64,000 nucleotides of DNA, taken from positions 19,656,001 to 19,720,000 of the forward strand of contig CM075987.1 in NCBI GenBank assembly GCA_038087875.1. The letters are read 5' to 3'. This stretch comes from Malacoraja senta. Lineage: Eukaryota. The first letter of the stretch is position 1, and each line of letters opens with the position of its first letter. A program made the position numbers and the translations under genes. Below the pieces are notes generated by a model. It was not told where the DNA came from and ran no database searches. It worked only from the letters and a program-made list of their open reading frames with translations. Shown here in pieces: positions 27,490 through 39,141 of the stretch.

Positions 27490-30400
27490 CTATTCAACCT
27501 ATATTTAATATTCAGGAAGGATAGACAGAAAGGAAGAGAAGGTGCGGTGGCATTGCTGGGTAAAGAGGAAATTAATGCAATAGCAAGAGACATTAGCTTG
27601 GATGCTGTAGAATTGGTATGGGTAGAACTGTGAAATAACCAAGGGCAGAAAACATTTGTTGGAGTTGTATACAGACCACCAAACAGTAGTAGGGAGGTTG
27701 GGGATAGCATCAAGCAGGAAATTAGGGATGCGTATAGCAAAGGTACCGCAGTTCTCATGGGTGACTTTAATCTACATATAGATTAGGCCAGCCAAATTTG
27801 TAACAGTGCTGAGGAGGAGGATTTCCTGGAATGTATACGGGATGTTTTTTTAAACCAATATGTAGAATACACGACTAGAGGACAGGCCATCCTAGAATGG
27901 GTATTGTGTAATGAGGAAGGATTAGTTAGCAGTATTGTTGTGCAAAGCCCCTTGGGCAACAGTGACCACAATATAGTGGAATTCTATATTAGGATGGAGA
28001 GTGACACAGTTAATTCAGAGACTAGGGTCCTGAACATAAAGAAAGGAGATTTTGAAGGTATGAGACAGGAATTGGCTAGGATAGACTGGCAAATTATGCT
28101 CAAAGGGTTGACGGTGGAGATGCAATGGCAAAGATTTAAAGACCGCATGGATGAACTCCAAAAATTGTTCATCCAAGTCTGGCGAGAAAAAAAAATGGGG
28201 AAGGTGGCTCAACTGTGGCTAACTGGGGAAATCAAGGATAAGGTACACAAAAATGCTGGACAGGGTCTTGGTGAGACCACACCTGGAGTATTGCGTACAG
28301 TTTTGGTCTCCAAATCTGAGGAAGGACATTATAGCCATAGAGGGAGTGCAGAGAAGGTTCACCAGACTGATTCCTGGGATGTCAGGACTTTCATATGAAG
28401 AAAGACTGGATAGACTCGGCTTATACTCGCTAGAATTTAGGAGATTGAGAGGTGATCTTATAGAAACTTACAAAATTCTTATGGGGTTGGACAGGCTAGA
28501 TGCAGGAAGATTGTTCCTGGTGTTGGGGAAGTCCAGGACAAGGGGTCACAGCTTAAGGATAAGGGGGAAATCCTTTAAGACCGAGATGAGAAAAAACTTT
28601 TTCACACAGAGAGTGGTGAATCTCTGGAACTCTCTGCCACAGAGGGTAGTTGAGGCCAGTTCATTGGCTATATTTAAGAGGGAGTTAGATGTGGCCCTTG
28701 TGGCTAAAGGGATCAGGGGGTATGGAGAGAAGGCAGGTACGGGATACTGAGTTGGATGATCAGCCATGATCATATTAAATGGCGGTGCAGGCTCGAAGGG
28801 CCGAATGGCCTACTCCTGCACCTATTTTCTATGTATCTATGTTTCGGGCCGAGGATAATGTTAAATCCAAGGAAAAATCATTTAAATTGGCCAGAGGAGG
28901 CAGCAAACCAGAGAACTGGGAGAAATTTTCTGGGAGTTCTGTCTTCCCTAAGGAAGACTCAAACAATCTCCCAGAAATACTAGGGGACCGAGGATCTAGT
29001 GGGAGGGACGAACTGAAGGGAATCCACATTAGTCAGGAAATGGTGTTAGGTAAACTGTTGGGACTGAAGGCAGATAAATCCCCAGGGCTTGATGGCCTGC
29101 ATCCCAGAGTACTCAAGGAGGTGGCCATAGAAATCGTGGATGCATTGGTGATCATTTTCCAATGTGCTCTCGACTCTGAATCAGTTCCTGTCGACTGGAG
29201 GGTAGCCAATGTAACCCCACTTTTTAAGAAAGGAGGGAGAGAGAAAACGGGGAATTATAGACCAGTTAGCCTTACATCGGTAGTGGGGAAGATGCTTGAG
29301 TCGATTGTTAAAGATGTTATAGCAGCACATTTGGAAAGCAGTGACAGGATCGGTCAAAGTCAGCATGCTTGATTAATCTTCTGGAATTTGTTCAGGATGT
29401 AACAAGTAGAATGGATAAGGGAGAGCCAGTGGACGTGGTGTATCTAGATTTTCAAAACGCATTTGACAAGGTCCCACACAAGAAATTAGTGTGCAAAATT
29501 AGAGCATATGGTATTGGGGGTTGGGGATTCAAGATTCAAGATTCAAGATTTCCTTTATTGTCATTCAGACCTTTCGGTCTGAACGAAATTGACATGTAAT
29601 ATTGACATGGATAGAGAACTGGTTGGCTGACAGGAAGCAAAGAGTAGGAAGTAATGGGTCCTTTTCAGAATGGCAGTGGAGTACCACAAGGCTGGGACGC
29701 CAGTTGTTTACAATATACATATTAACAATTTAGATGAGGGAATTAAATGTGACATCTCCAAGTTTGCGGATGACACAAAGCTGAGTGGCAGTGTGAGTTG
29801 CGATGAGGATGCTATGAGGCTGCAGGGTGACTTGGATAGGTTGGGTGAGTGGGCAGATGCATGGCAGATGCAGTATAATGTGGATAAATGTGAGGTTATC
29901 CACTTTGGTGGCAAGAACAGGAAGGTAGATTATTATCTGAATGGTGTCAGATTAGGAAAAGGGGAGTTACAACGAGACCAGGGTGTGCTTGTACATCAGT
30001 CACTGAAAGTAAGCATGCAGGTATAGCAGGCAGTGAAGATAGCTAATGGCATGTTGGCCTTCATTGAGAGAGGATTTGAGTTTAGGAACAAGGAGGTCCT
30101 ACTACAGTTGTACAGGGCCCTGGTGAGACTGCATCTGGAGTATTGTGTGCAATTTTGGTCTCCTAATTTGAGGACGGACATTATTGCTATTGAGGGAGTG
30201 CAGCGTAGGTTCACCAGGTTAATAACCGGGATGGCGGGACTGACATATGATGAAAGAATGGGTCAACTGGGCTTGTATTCACTGGAATTTAGAAGGATGA
30301 GAAGGGATCTTATAGAAACATATAAAATTCTTAAAGGATTGGACAGACTAGATGCAGGTAAAATGTTCCCGATGTTGGAGGAGTCCAGAACCAGGGTTCA

Positions 30401-30671
30401 CAGTTTAAGAATAAGGCCATTTAGGACTGAGATGAGAACAAAAATTTTCACCCAGAGTGTTGTGAATCTGTGGAATTCTCTGCCACAGAAGGCAGTGGAG
30501 GCCAATTCACTGGATGTTTTCAAGAGAGAATTAGATGTAGCTGTTAGGGCTAAAGGAATCAAGGGATATGGGGAAAAAATAGGAACGGGGTACTGATTTT
30601 AGATGATGAGCCGTGATCATATTGAATGGCGGTGCTGGCCTACTCCTGCAACTCTTTTTCTATGTTTCTAT
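27490..30671 (+). mobile_element. CR1 LINE ORF2 pseudogene (APE + RT), internally deleted, with nested inserts
   Basis: YRPP/GDFN, LGNSDH, KSPGLDGLHPRVLKE, NYRPVSLTS, YLDFQNAFDKV, SKFADDTKL and HLEYCVQFWSP in successive frames; CR1 tail at the end. Confidence 0.92.
28261..28843 (+). mobile_element. Second, younger CR1 3' fragment nested in the larger CR1
   Basis: Uninterrupted frame 28253-28750 (LVRPHLEYCVQFWSP..GYGEKAGTGY) plus 3' UTR and tail, interrupting the host CR1 linker region. Confidence 0.88.
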
Positions 30672-30689
30672 ATATCATCATCACTCCAG

Positions 30690-31230
30690 AACTGAGGCTA
30701 CTCTCAACTTTGGACATAACACAGACAATATTTGTATTGACAAATTCAGAAGCCAAGCACCATGACTGAATGACACTTCACAACCAATAATAGAAAAAGG
30801 TCCTCTACCAAATTGCCCCAGTCACACAACTCTTCCACCAGGCAATAATGATACACAATGAAAATGTGGACCATCTCCTATCTTTTGGGAGCCTTCTCAG
30901 AAGCAAACGTAGCATTGATGAAGAAACTCACCATTGCCTTCAGTGCAGCAGCACAACTTTCAGCCATTTGAAGCAAAATGTTTTTGAAGATCAAGATTGC
31001 AAACCTGGCTTCAATTGATCTACTGGTGGCAGTGATTCCTACCCAACTATGTGCTTTGGAGACATTGACTGCCTGTAGTGGCAACCTCAAAGTACTGGAG
31101 AGGTACAGCCAGCACCATTTCAGCAAAATCCTCCAACACCCTGGGCCGAATAAACAAACCGATGTCAGCTTCCTCTCCCAGGCCAAAATACCGAACATTA
31201 AAGCTCTGATTGTACTTTGGCTAAGTGCAC
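30690..31230 (+). mobile_element. Old RTE-clade LINE remnant (3' part)
   Basis: ENVDH..LGS..IDEE.. remnants and ORF 30978-31268 (AVVIPT.LCALET..LERY.Q..KIL..DVSFLSQAKIPNI). Confidence 0.6.
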
Positions 31231-32639
31231 ACAGATGTGAAGTAAATGTGCCTGCATTATTTAAGTGATGATGCATTGACTAGTCATTAATTTCTCTTGG
31301 TCTTAATTGCGTTGGAGCACCAGTGTGCATTTGCCAGTTCGCTTAATGCTCTTCTGGGAAAGCACTTTAAATCACCAAACATAGACAGTTGAATGCATAT
31401 TGTTTATCTTCCTCCAGACCATTTCTCTCTTTTTCATCACATTCCTCATCAATTCTATGCACAGTTTTCTTTCCGATTTTTAAAATGTTTTCTTCCTTAC
31501 TCAATCCTTGCCACTCGCAAGTTTGGAATTATCTTGCAAGGTATTTACACTCACTGCCCCATGTTGTGTATCCTTGCTTCAAATATTTTTTAAATATATG
31601 TAGCGTGCCTTGCTAAATATTCTCTGTGACTCTTTTAATAGTGGTTCAAATAACCTGAACTGTATGTTCGCAGTAAGTAAATGTTTGCATAAATTCAAAT
31701 CCAAGTAATTTATAGAGTTAGCTTTGTTTAGACTTCTCTTCAACATTTTGCAAAAGCAGAATCCAAAACTTTTACACTTTCAACAGTGGGTTTTTGTTTA
31801 TTGCTGACCCTCTCAATAAGCCTGAAATTCTGCAGATGGTTAGTTGTGCTTGATTGGGGTATGGATTCTTGATGAATAGTTTTAATCAATCTCACTTAAT
31901 TTGAATGTTTAAGCAAACATCAGATAGCTGTAAATATACTGAAATTTCCAATGCTACTAAAGATGGTTAACTAGATTTTATGTGAGTATCATCAAGTCAA
32001 CACTTCTAGTTTTAGTTTTATTAGATTTAGAGATAGTGTGGAAACAGGCCTTTAGGCCCACCCAGTCCGTGCCGACCAGCGATCCCCGCACATTAACACT
32101 ATCCTACATACCTTGGGGACAATTTACACATTCACCAAGCCAACCAAGCCAATTAACCTACATACCTGTCCGTCTTTGGAGTGTGAGAGGAAACCGAAGA
32201 TCTTGGAGGAAACCCACGCAGGTCACGGGGAGAACGTACAAACTCTGTACAGCCAGCACCCATAGTTACTTAATTACTCCTGTGAGTGAAAAATCTGCCT
32301 CTCAGATTCCAAATACATCTTGCCCCTCTCCTCTGGTTTCCCAACCCTGGGTAAAATACTCTGAAAATGTCACCTATCCCTTTTCTTCCTGACCCGCTGA
32401 GTTACTCCAGCATTTTGTGTCTATCTTCGGTGTAAACCAGCATCTGCAGGTCCTTCCTGCACATTTTGTCTGCTCCACTGTGAAATCTCCTCAAGGTATG
32501 CCTACTTTGAAGAAATACTCCTCCTCTCTCCACCGGGAGTTTTGCAACACCCTCTCTTGCTGCTCCCCCTCTGTGATTCCTCCCGCTCTCCGACTCTACG
32601 ACCACGTTTTAACCTGGACTCGCTACAGGCTCAGCCACG

Positions 32640-32960
32640 TGTTTTTCCCTTCATTATCACCTCCTCCACAGCCAACAATGGGCCATTGTTGACTCTTTGG
32701 CCATTGGTGCTGGCTCTGATTTTTTGTGCACCTTTTCGTACCTCTAGTTTCCCTCTCCCCTGACTCTTGGTCTGAAGAAGGATCTCGACCCAAAACATCA
32801 CCTATTCCTTTTCTCCAAAGATGCTGCCTGACCTGCTGAAGGTAGACAAAAATGCTGGAGAAACTCAGCGTGTGAGGCAGCATCTACGGAGCGAAGGAAT
32901 AGGTGACGTTTCGGGTCGAGACCCTTCTTCAGCTGAGCTACTCCAGCATTTTGTGTCTCT
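32640..32960. mobile_element. Penelope pLTR (+) containing an inverted 92-bp pLTR insert (32840-32931, -)
   Basis: GCTGA duplicated at 32835-32839 and 32932-32936. Hammerhead motifs on both strands (32770-32802 +, degenerate; 32902-32932 -, intact core). Confidence 0.75.
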
Positions 32961-34774
32961 CTTCAGAGTATTATCCCTATCTAATCCCCTCAAGACTTGA
33001 CACATCTATTAGATCAGGGGTGTCAAACTCATTTTAGGATACGGGCCGGATTGGGCAAAATGCAACTTCATGCGGGCTGGATCAGTTGTGCACTCGCAAA
33101 CACACACGTGCCCTTCCCCCCCAGCTTTCGTTGCATTTATTTTTTCAACCTGCTCTCATGTGTCTCAGTCTCTTCTATAACTACAAAGTGTTTCACTTTA
33201 CGAATTTTGTCTCCTATGAAGAAGATTGCCTAGCAAGCATTACTTTTATGATTGGTATTCACACTTTTATGATAGGCTACAAGAAAGTTGTGATGAGAGC
33301 GAGAAAAAACGATGCTATTTTGGCTAAGATTGTTTTGGGAGCCACACCCTTTTGAAATCATTTTTAAACCATTTGAAATCGAACATTAACAGTCACAAAT
33401 GTAGACCTAACGACACAAATTGTAAATGTAGGCAACATAACTGCACCTAATCTTTATTGGCCTGCTTCCAGCAATCAAACTCAATGAACACAGTTAGCCT
33501 CTAATTTTTGTTGAGGTGATCACATTTACAGTAATAGAATTGTCAGCAAATGAATGAATCACAATATTATGACTCAATATTTCATAATGCATTTTGCTTA
33601 CATGTCGCAGTGCATCAAACGGTGTCACTCATATTTCACTTGCTGCTTCCAGACACCTGACATCTCTTGGCTTTAACCAGCCTGTCAACATCAGGGACCA
33701 GTTTCTGGGCAGTTGTGATTTTCTTAATGTCATTTAGATATCTGTGTGTCAGCTGCGAGTGCAGTTTGGATTTGTTAACGTTCATTATGGAGAACGCCTG
33801 CTCACAGAGATATGTTGTCCTGAACATGCAATGGATCTTTGAGGCAAAGTCTGTCATCTTGTGGTACATCGGACCCAGGTATTGATAGAATGAATCCAGA
33901 CCCACAGTCTCAAATTTATATTTCAAAGCTGAGTTACACTGAACCTCAATTAGTTCCATTTGGAGTTCCTCCGGCATATCTAATGCTGCTTTGACAGCAA
34001 ATGGCGAGCAGAATAGTGAGAATTCCTTCTTGAGCTGAGTGAAACTCACTTTTCAGCCATGATATTTTGTCCTTGTACCTGTCCAAGTTGTCATTATTCC
34101 CATGCACGACACACACAGACTGCAAAGAGGGGAAATGAGCTGGGTTGCTCCGGGAAAGTTGCATCTCCCACAGGTCTAATTTAATTATTATTTTTTTTTA
34201 AATTTTTATTTATTAGAAGTACATTACATTACAACCACATACATTAATACTCGTCATTTATATCTTCTTACAATTAATGTACTCCCTTTATTTATTTTTT
34301 TACACTAGAAAAAGAAAAGATTGAAAGAAAGAAGAAAGTGAAGGAAAAAGTGCAAGTGTAGAAAAGTGTAGAAAATGTAACAACAAAAAAGGACGAAGAC
34401 CCTATAAGAGCGAAATTAAAAACAAAAAGAAAAAGAGTTAAGAAATAGGCCCTAAGAAAAGAAAAGAGAAGGAGAAAAAAAGAGAAACAAATGTTTTTTT
34501 TTTGAGCATCACGTAAATAGGACATACCAACTCTTCAACTATCATCCCCCCTTACCTGACCTCAATTTTTTATTTTTTTAAAGTACTTTTGCACCCTATG
34601 TTTGTAATAATTCTATAAATGCAGACCACGTCAGGTGGAAGTGATCTGGTTTACCTGCTAGGAGGAGTCTTATCTCTTCTAGGTGTAATGTTTCAAACAT
34701 ATTTGAAATCCACATATTTATAGTTGGTATTGGAGCCTTCTTCCAAAATTTTAGAATTAGCTTTTTTCCAGTTA

Positions 34775-37700
34775 TTAACCTGGATCATCTTCCGTTATTC
34801 CGAAGATAATCCATTCTGCTTTGGGTATCAGTCTTGTTTTAAATAACTTTGTAAAGATTTCAAAAATTTCATTCCAAAATTTTTGAATTTTTGTACAGAA
34901 GACAAATGAGTGCGCTATAGTTGCTTCTTGGGATTGACATTTATCACAAATAGATGATACGTTTGGGAAAATTTTATGAATTTTAGTTTTCGAATAATAT
35001 AATCTATGTAAAATTTTAAATTGTATTAAAGTGTGTCTTACATTAATCGAGCATTTATGCACATTTAATAAGTATTCATTCCAACTTTCCTTTGAAATTT
35101 TAATAGCTAACTCTTGTTCCCAGTCTCTTCTGATACCCTCCGTAGGTGGTATTTGTACATTTAAAATAATATTATACAAATATGATATTAAGTTTGCTGA
35201 TTCCGCTTTTATCTGCATTGCCTCGTCCAATACATCTACTGGATTATTATAATGATCTTTTGTATATTTTTTCAAATAGTCGCATATTTGAAAATATTTA
35301 AAATATTGATTATTTCCGAGTTTATATTTTATTTGTAATTGTTGAAATGAAAGTAATTTTCCAGTTTCATACAAGTCACCAAGCGTTTTAATTCCTAGTC
35401 TATCCCATTGTGTATAAGCTTTATCTATAATAGAAGGACTAAACGAAGGGTTATTGACTATAGGTAATAAAAGTGATAAGTTTCTTAATTTTAAATTTTG
35501 TTTTATTTGTTTCCAAATACGGATTGTACTATGAATAATTGGGTTCTTATTATAGTTTATGTTATTCAGTTTCATTGGAGAGAGGAGGATCGCTCCAATG
35601 TTTCTAGAGGAGCAATCCTCTTTCTCCATTACAATCCAGTCTACTTGCTGGGCGGAGTTATCCATCAGTTGAATCATGTTTTTAATATTTACTGACCAAT
35701 AATAATACATAAAATTAGGTAGTGCTAGACCCCCCAATACTTTAGGTTTATTCAGATGGGTTTTTTGTATTCTATGTGATTTATAGTCCCATATAAAATT
35801 AGTGATATCTGAGTCGAGTTTTTTTAAAAACTTCTTAGGTAAGTATATAGGAATTGATTGAAATAGGTATAAAATTTGTGGTAAAAAGATCATTTTTATT
35901 GCGTTTATTCGGCCTATTAAAGACATCGGGAGCGTTTTCCAGAATTTAATTAATGTATTCAGTTTATTAAGTAGGGGGTCAAAATTTGCCCTGAACATAC
36001 CTTGATATGTTCTGGTAATTTCGATTCCCAAATATTTAAATTTTTCTGTAGCTATTTTAAAAGGGAATTTTAAAAGATGTGTTGAATCTTTCGGTTTTAT
36101 TGACATAATTTCACTTTTATTCCAATTTATTCTATATCCAGAAAAAGATCCGAAGTCTTCAATTAAATTTAATATATTTGGTATAGTGATTTGAGGTTTT
36201 GTAATATACAGTAATATATCATCCGCGTATAAAGATATTTTATTATATGAGTCTTTAGTATTATATCCATGAATATCAGGGTGTATTCTAATTTTTTCTG
36301 CTAGCGGTTCAATAATGAGAGCAAACAGCTGTGGTGATAATGAGCATCCTTGTCTATTTCCCCTTGATAGTTGAAATTTCGGGGATAATATGTTATTAGT
36401 AAGTATTCTAGCTGTAGGTTTGTTATATAGTAACTTAATCCATAAAATAAAATTCTCTCCCAGTTGAAATTTTTGTAATACTTTATCCATATAATTCCAT
36501 TCTACTTGATCAAATGCTTTTTCAGCATCCAGCGAAATAATTGATAATTCTTGATCTTCAGATTTGTGTGAGTGCATTATGTTGAGTAGACGTCTCATAT
36601 AATTAGAAGAGTATCTCTTAGGGATCAACCCTGTCTGATCTGGGTTTATTAATTTACTAATGTATTTACTTAATCTTCTAGCTAATGTTTTCGCTAATAT
36701 TTTTTGATCTGTGTTTAACAATGCTATAGCTCTATATGAGCCAGGTTCTTCTAAATCTTTATTTTTCTTAGGTATTAATGTAATCGTTGATTCCGCTAAT
36801 GTATCAGGTAGTATTCGTTTTTTAAAAGCGTATTGGTACATTTTTTGTAATCTTGGTATTATTTTATCATAAAAGCTTTTATAAAATTCATTAGTAAATC
36901 CATCAGGGCCTGGTGTTTTTCCATTTTTTAATGAGTTTATTGTATCTTCTAATTCCTTAATTGAGATTTGTGCACCCAGTTCCTCTTGTTCCTTCAGCTC
37001 TAACTTTGGAAGATTACAGGTATCCAAGAACTTTGTGATATTATTGGAATCCATTATCGTTTTAGATGTATACAAATTCTCGTAAAATTGCGCAAATCTT
37101 TTATTAATATCCTTCGGTGTTGTTAATAATTCCCCTTTATCTGATTTGATCTTTGGTATAGTATGTTCCTTTTCTCGTTTTTTTAGCTGGCGAGCCAAAA
37201 GTTTATGCGGTTTATCCCCAAATTCAAAGTGCTCTTGTTTTGTAATTTGAAAAAGTCTTATAAGTTTGGCAGATAATAATTTATTTAATTTAAATTTTAA
37301 AATTATTATTTTATTATGTTGATCTATTGATGGATCTTTAGCATTATCTATATCCATTTGTCTAATAAGTTCTTCTAACTGTCTTTGTTCATTCTTATTC
37401 TTTTTATTTTGAAAAGCTTGATATGAAATTATAATACCCCTAATGTATGCTTTAAAAGATTCCCAAAGTAAAGTAGGCGATATATCTGAAGTATCATTTG
37501 TTTGAAAAAAGACCTCCATTTGTTCTTTTAAATATATACTCGCTTGTGGATCTTTTAAAATTTGACAGTTAAATCTCCAGAATGATTTATTCTTAGACAA
37601 TCCTTCCAGTTTTAAAAAGAAAGTTAGTGGAGAATGGTCTGAAATTGAGTTTGTATGGTATATTGCATTAGATGTTTGGGGGATTAATTTTGTATCCAGC

Positions 37701-38350
37701 AGAAAGTAGTCTATACGTGAGTATGTCTTATGTACCATTGAGTAAAACGAATATTCCCTGCCAGTTGGATTCACAATTCTCCAAACATCTGCTATATTAG
37801 TGTTATTTATATAGGTATTGAGGAGTTCCCCAGTTTTCGATTTCATATTCCCTCTCTGTTTTTGACTTGATTTATCTAAGTACGGATCTAAAACACAGTT
37901 AAAGTCTCCGCCTATTATAACATTTTGATAGTTTGACTCTGCAATTATATTGAAGATTTTATTGAAAAAGTGGGGGTTATCAAAGTTAGGGGCATATATA
38001 TTTACCAAAGTAAGTGGAGTGTCATGGATTTCTCCATTAACTATTAGGTATCTCCCTTCTATATCTGTTATAATATTCTTTGCTTTAAATGGTATACCTT
38101 TTCTTATGATAATTGACGTGCCTCTAGATTTTGAAGTAAATGAAGAGTGGTATGTTTGACCTATCCATTTCGCCCTCAGCCTAACTTGATCCTGAGGTTT
38201 TAGGTGTGTTTCTTGTAAGAAGGTAATGTCAGAATTATACATTTTTAGCTGAGCTAATATCTTACCCCTTTTTATAGGTTCGTTAATACCTCTTATATTC
38301 CAACTACAAAATGAGATTCCTCCTAGGTTCTTTTGTGTGGTGTCATGCAT
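34775..38350 (-). CDS. L1 ORF2p (APE endonuclease, reverse transcriptase, CCHC motif), C-terminally truncated
   Basis: 1191-aa ORF with SWNIRG, LQETH, GGDFN, SRIDY, SDH, PGPDG, SLDAEKAFD, GNRQG, YADD, KYLG and CDKC-x8-H-x4-C. The expected last 60 codons lie in another frame (34596-34778). Confidence 0.95.
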   Translation of the reverse strand: MHDTTQKNLGGISFCSWNIRGINEPIKRGKILAQLKMYNSDITFLQETHLKPQDQVRLRAKWIGQTYHSSFTSKSRGTSIIIRKGIPFKAKNIITDIEGRYLIVNGEIHDTPLTLVNIYAPNFDNPHFFNKIFNIIAESNYQNVIIGGDFNCVLDPYLDKSSQKQRGNMKSKTGELLNTYINNTNIADVWRIVNPTGREYSFYSMVHKTYSRIDYFLLDTKLIPQTSNAIYHTNSISDHSPLTFFLKLEGLSKNKSFWRFNCQILKDPQASIYLKEQMEVFFQTNDTSDISPTLLWESFKAYIRGIIISYQAFQNKKNKNEQRQLEELIRQMDIDNAKDPSIDQHNKIIILKFKLNKLLSAKLIRLFQITKQEHFEFGDKPHKLLARQLKKREKEHTIPKIKSDKGELLTTPKDINKRFAQFYENLYTSKTIMDSNNITKFLDTCNLPKLELKEQEELGAQISIKELEDTINSLKNGKTPGPDGFTNEFYKSFYDKIIPRLQKMYQYAFKKRILPDTLAESTITLIPKKNKDLEEPGSYRAIALLNTDQKILAKTLARRLSKYISKLINPDQTGLIPKRYSSNYMRRLLNIMHSHKSEDQELSIISLDAEKAFDQVEWNYMDKVLQKFQLGENFILWIKLLYNKPTARILTNNILSPKFQLSRGNRQGCSLSPQLFALIIEPLAEKIRIHPDIHGYNTKDSYNKISLYADDILLYITKPQITIPNILNLIEDFGSFSGYRINWNKSEIMSIKPKDSTHLLKFPFKIATEKFKYLGIEITRTYQGMFRANFDPLLNKLNTLIKFWKTLPMSLIGRINAIKMIFLPQILYLFQSIPIYLPKKFLKKLDSDITNFIWDYKSHRIQKTHLNKPKVLGGLALPNFMYYYWSVNIKNMIQLMDNSAQQVDWIVMEKEDCSSRNIGAILLSPMKLNNINYNKNPIIHSTIRIWKQIKQNLKLRNLSLLLPIVNNPSFSPSIIDKAYTQWDRLGIKTLGDLYETGKLLSFQQLQIKYKLGNNQYFKYFQICDYLKKYTKDHYNNPVDVLDEAMQIKAESANLISYLYNIILNVQIPPTEGIRRDWEQELAIKISKESWNEYLLNVHKCSINVRHTLIQFKILHRLYYSKTKIHKIFPNVSSICDKCQSQEATIAHSFVFCTKIQKFWNEIFEIFTKLFKTRLIPKAEWIIFGITEDDPG

Positions 38351-39141
38351 TTTGAATAATTATAGTACCTTTGAATCTTGTGGTGCGTCCATGTCCCAGG
38401 TCTTTAGGTATTGGGGGAGTTTTTGAATTATTAACTTTTGCTGGTATGTCCATTTTACTCTTATCATTAAACACAAAACACAAACAAGTGATTTTATGTG
38501 ATAAAAAAAAAACTAAAAAAGTGAGGCTACAGTGTCTGATATAGTCGGCACTGTAGTGAGTGTCCCACCTCTAGGTGGGAAAAAACCTTGTTTTGACTTC
38601 CATTGCGTTGTTACTCAAATAGCTCCGCTCTCTTAGTTAATCATAACATATTAAAATATTAAAACGAGGCCTCACATTCAGATATATAATACAATTTTAC
38701 CCTGATATTTCCTTATAACATATATATATATCAGAGTTTAATTATTAAACCAATATTTTTGATTTCAATAAGAATCAACTGTTGGTTGAAGGGGTTAACG
38801 AGACGTGCCCCTGGACATAAGCCAGGAGCTCGTTTCTCATCCCCTCCTCCCGCTTATAGACAAGGTTACAATTTATTAAAAATTCATATAAGTATGTTAG
38901 TTCATTATTTTTTTTTTTTTGTTAGTATTCTAATCTAACCTGCATAACTTTTTGTTAATAGGATAAGTTCTTACAATTGGTTATAATATTTTAATCAATA
39001 AGCAATTATTTTCTGATTCAGTTAAGTTGTTTACATGTTTTGAACAGAAAATGTCCTTGATTCAACATTCCAGAGATAACAGTGTAACTATCCCCAGACA
39101 AAACATAGCTGAGAATTGTTCGGATCTGCCAAAGCTCCCTT

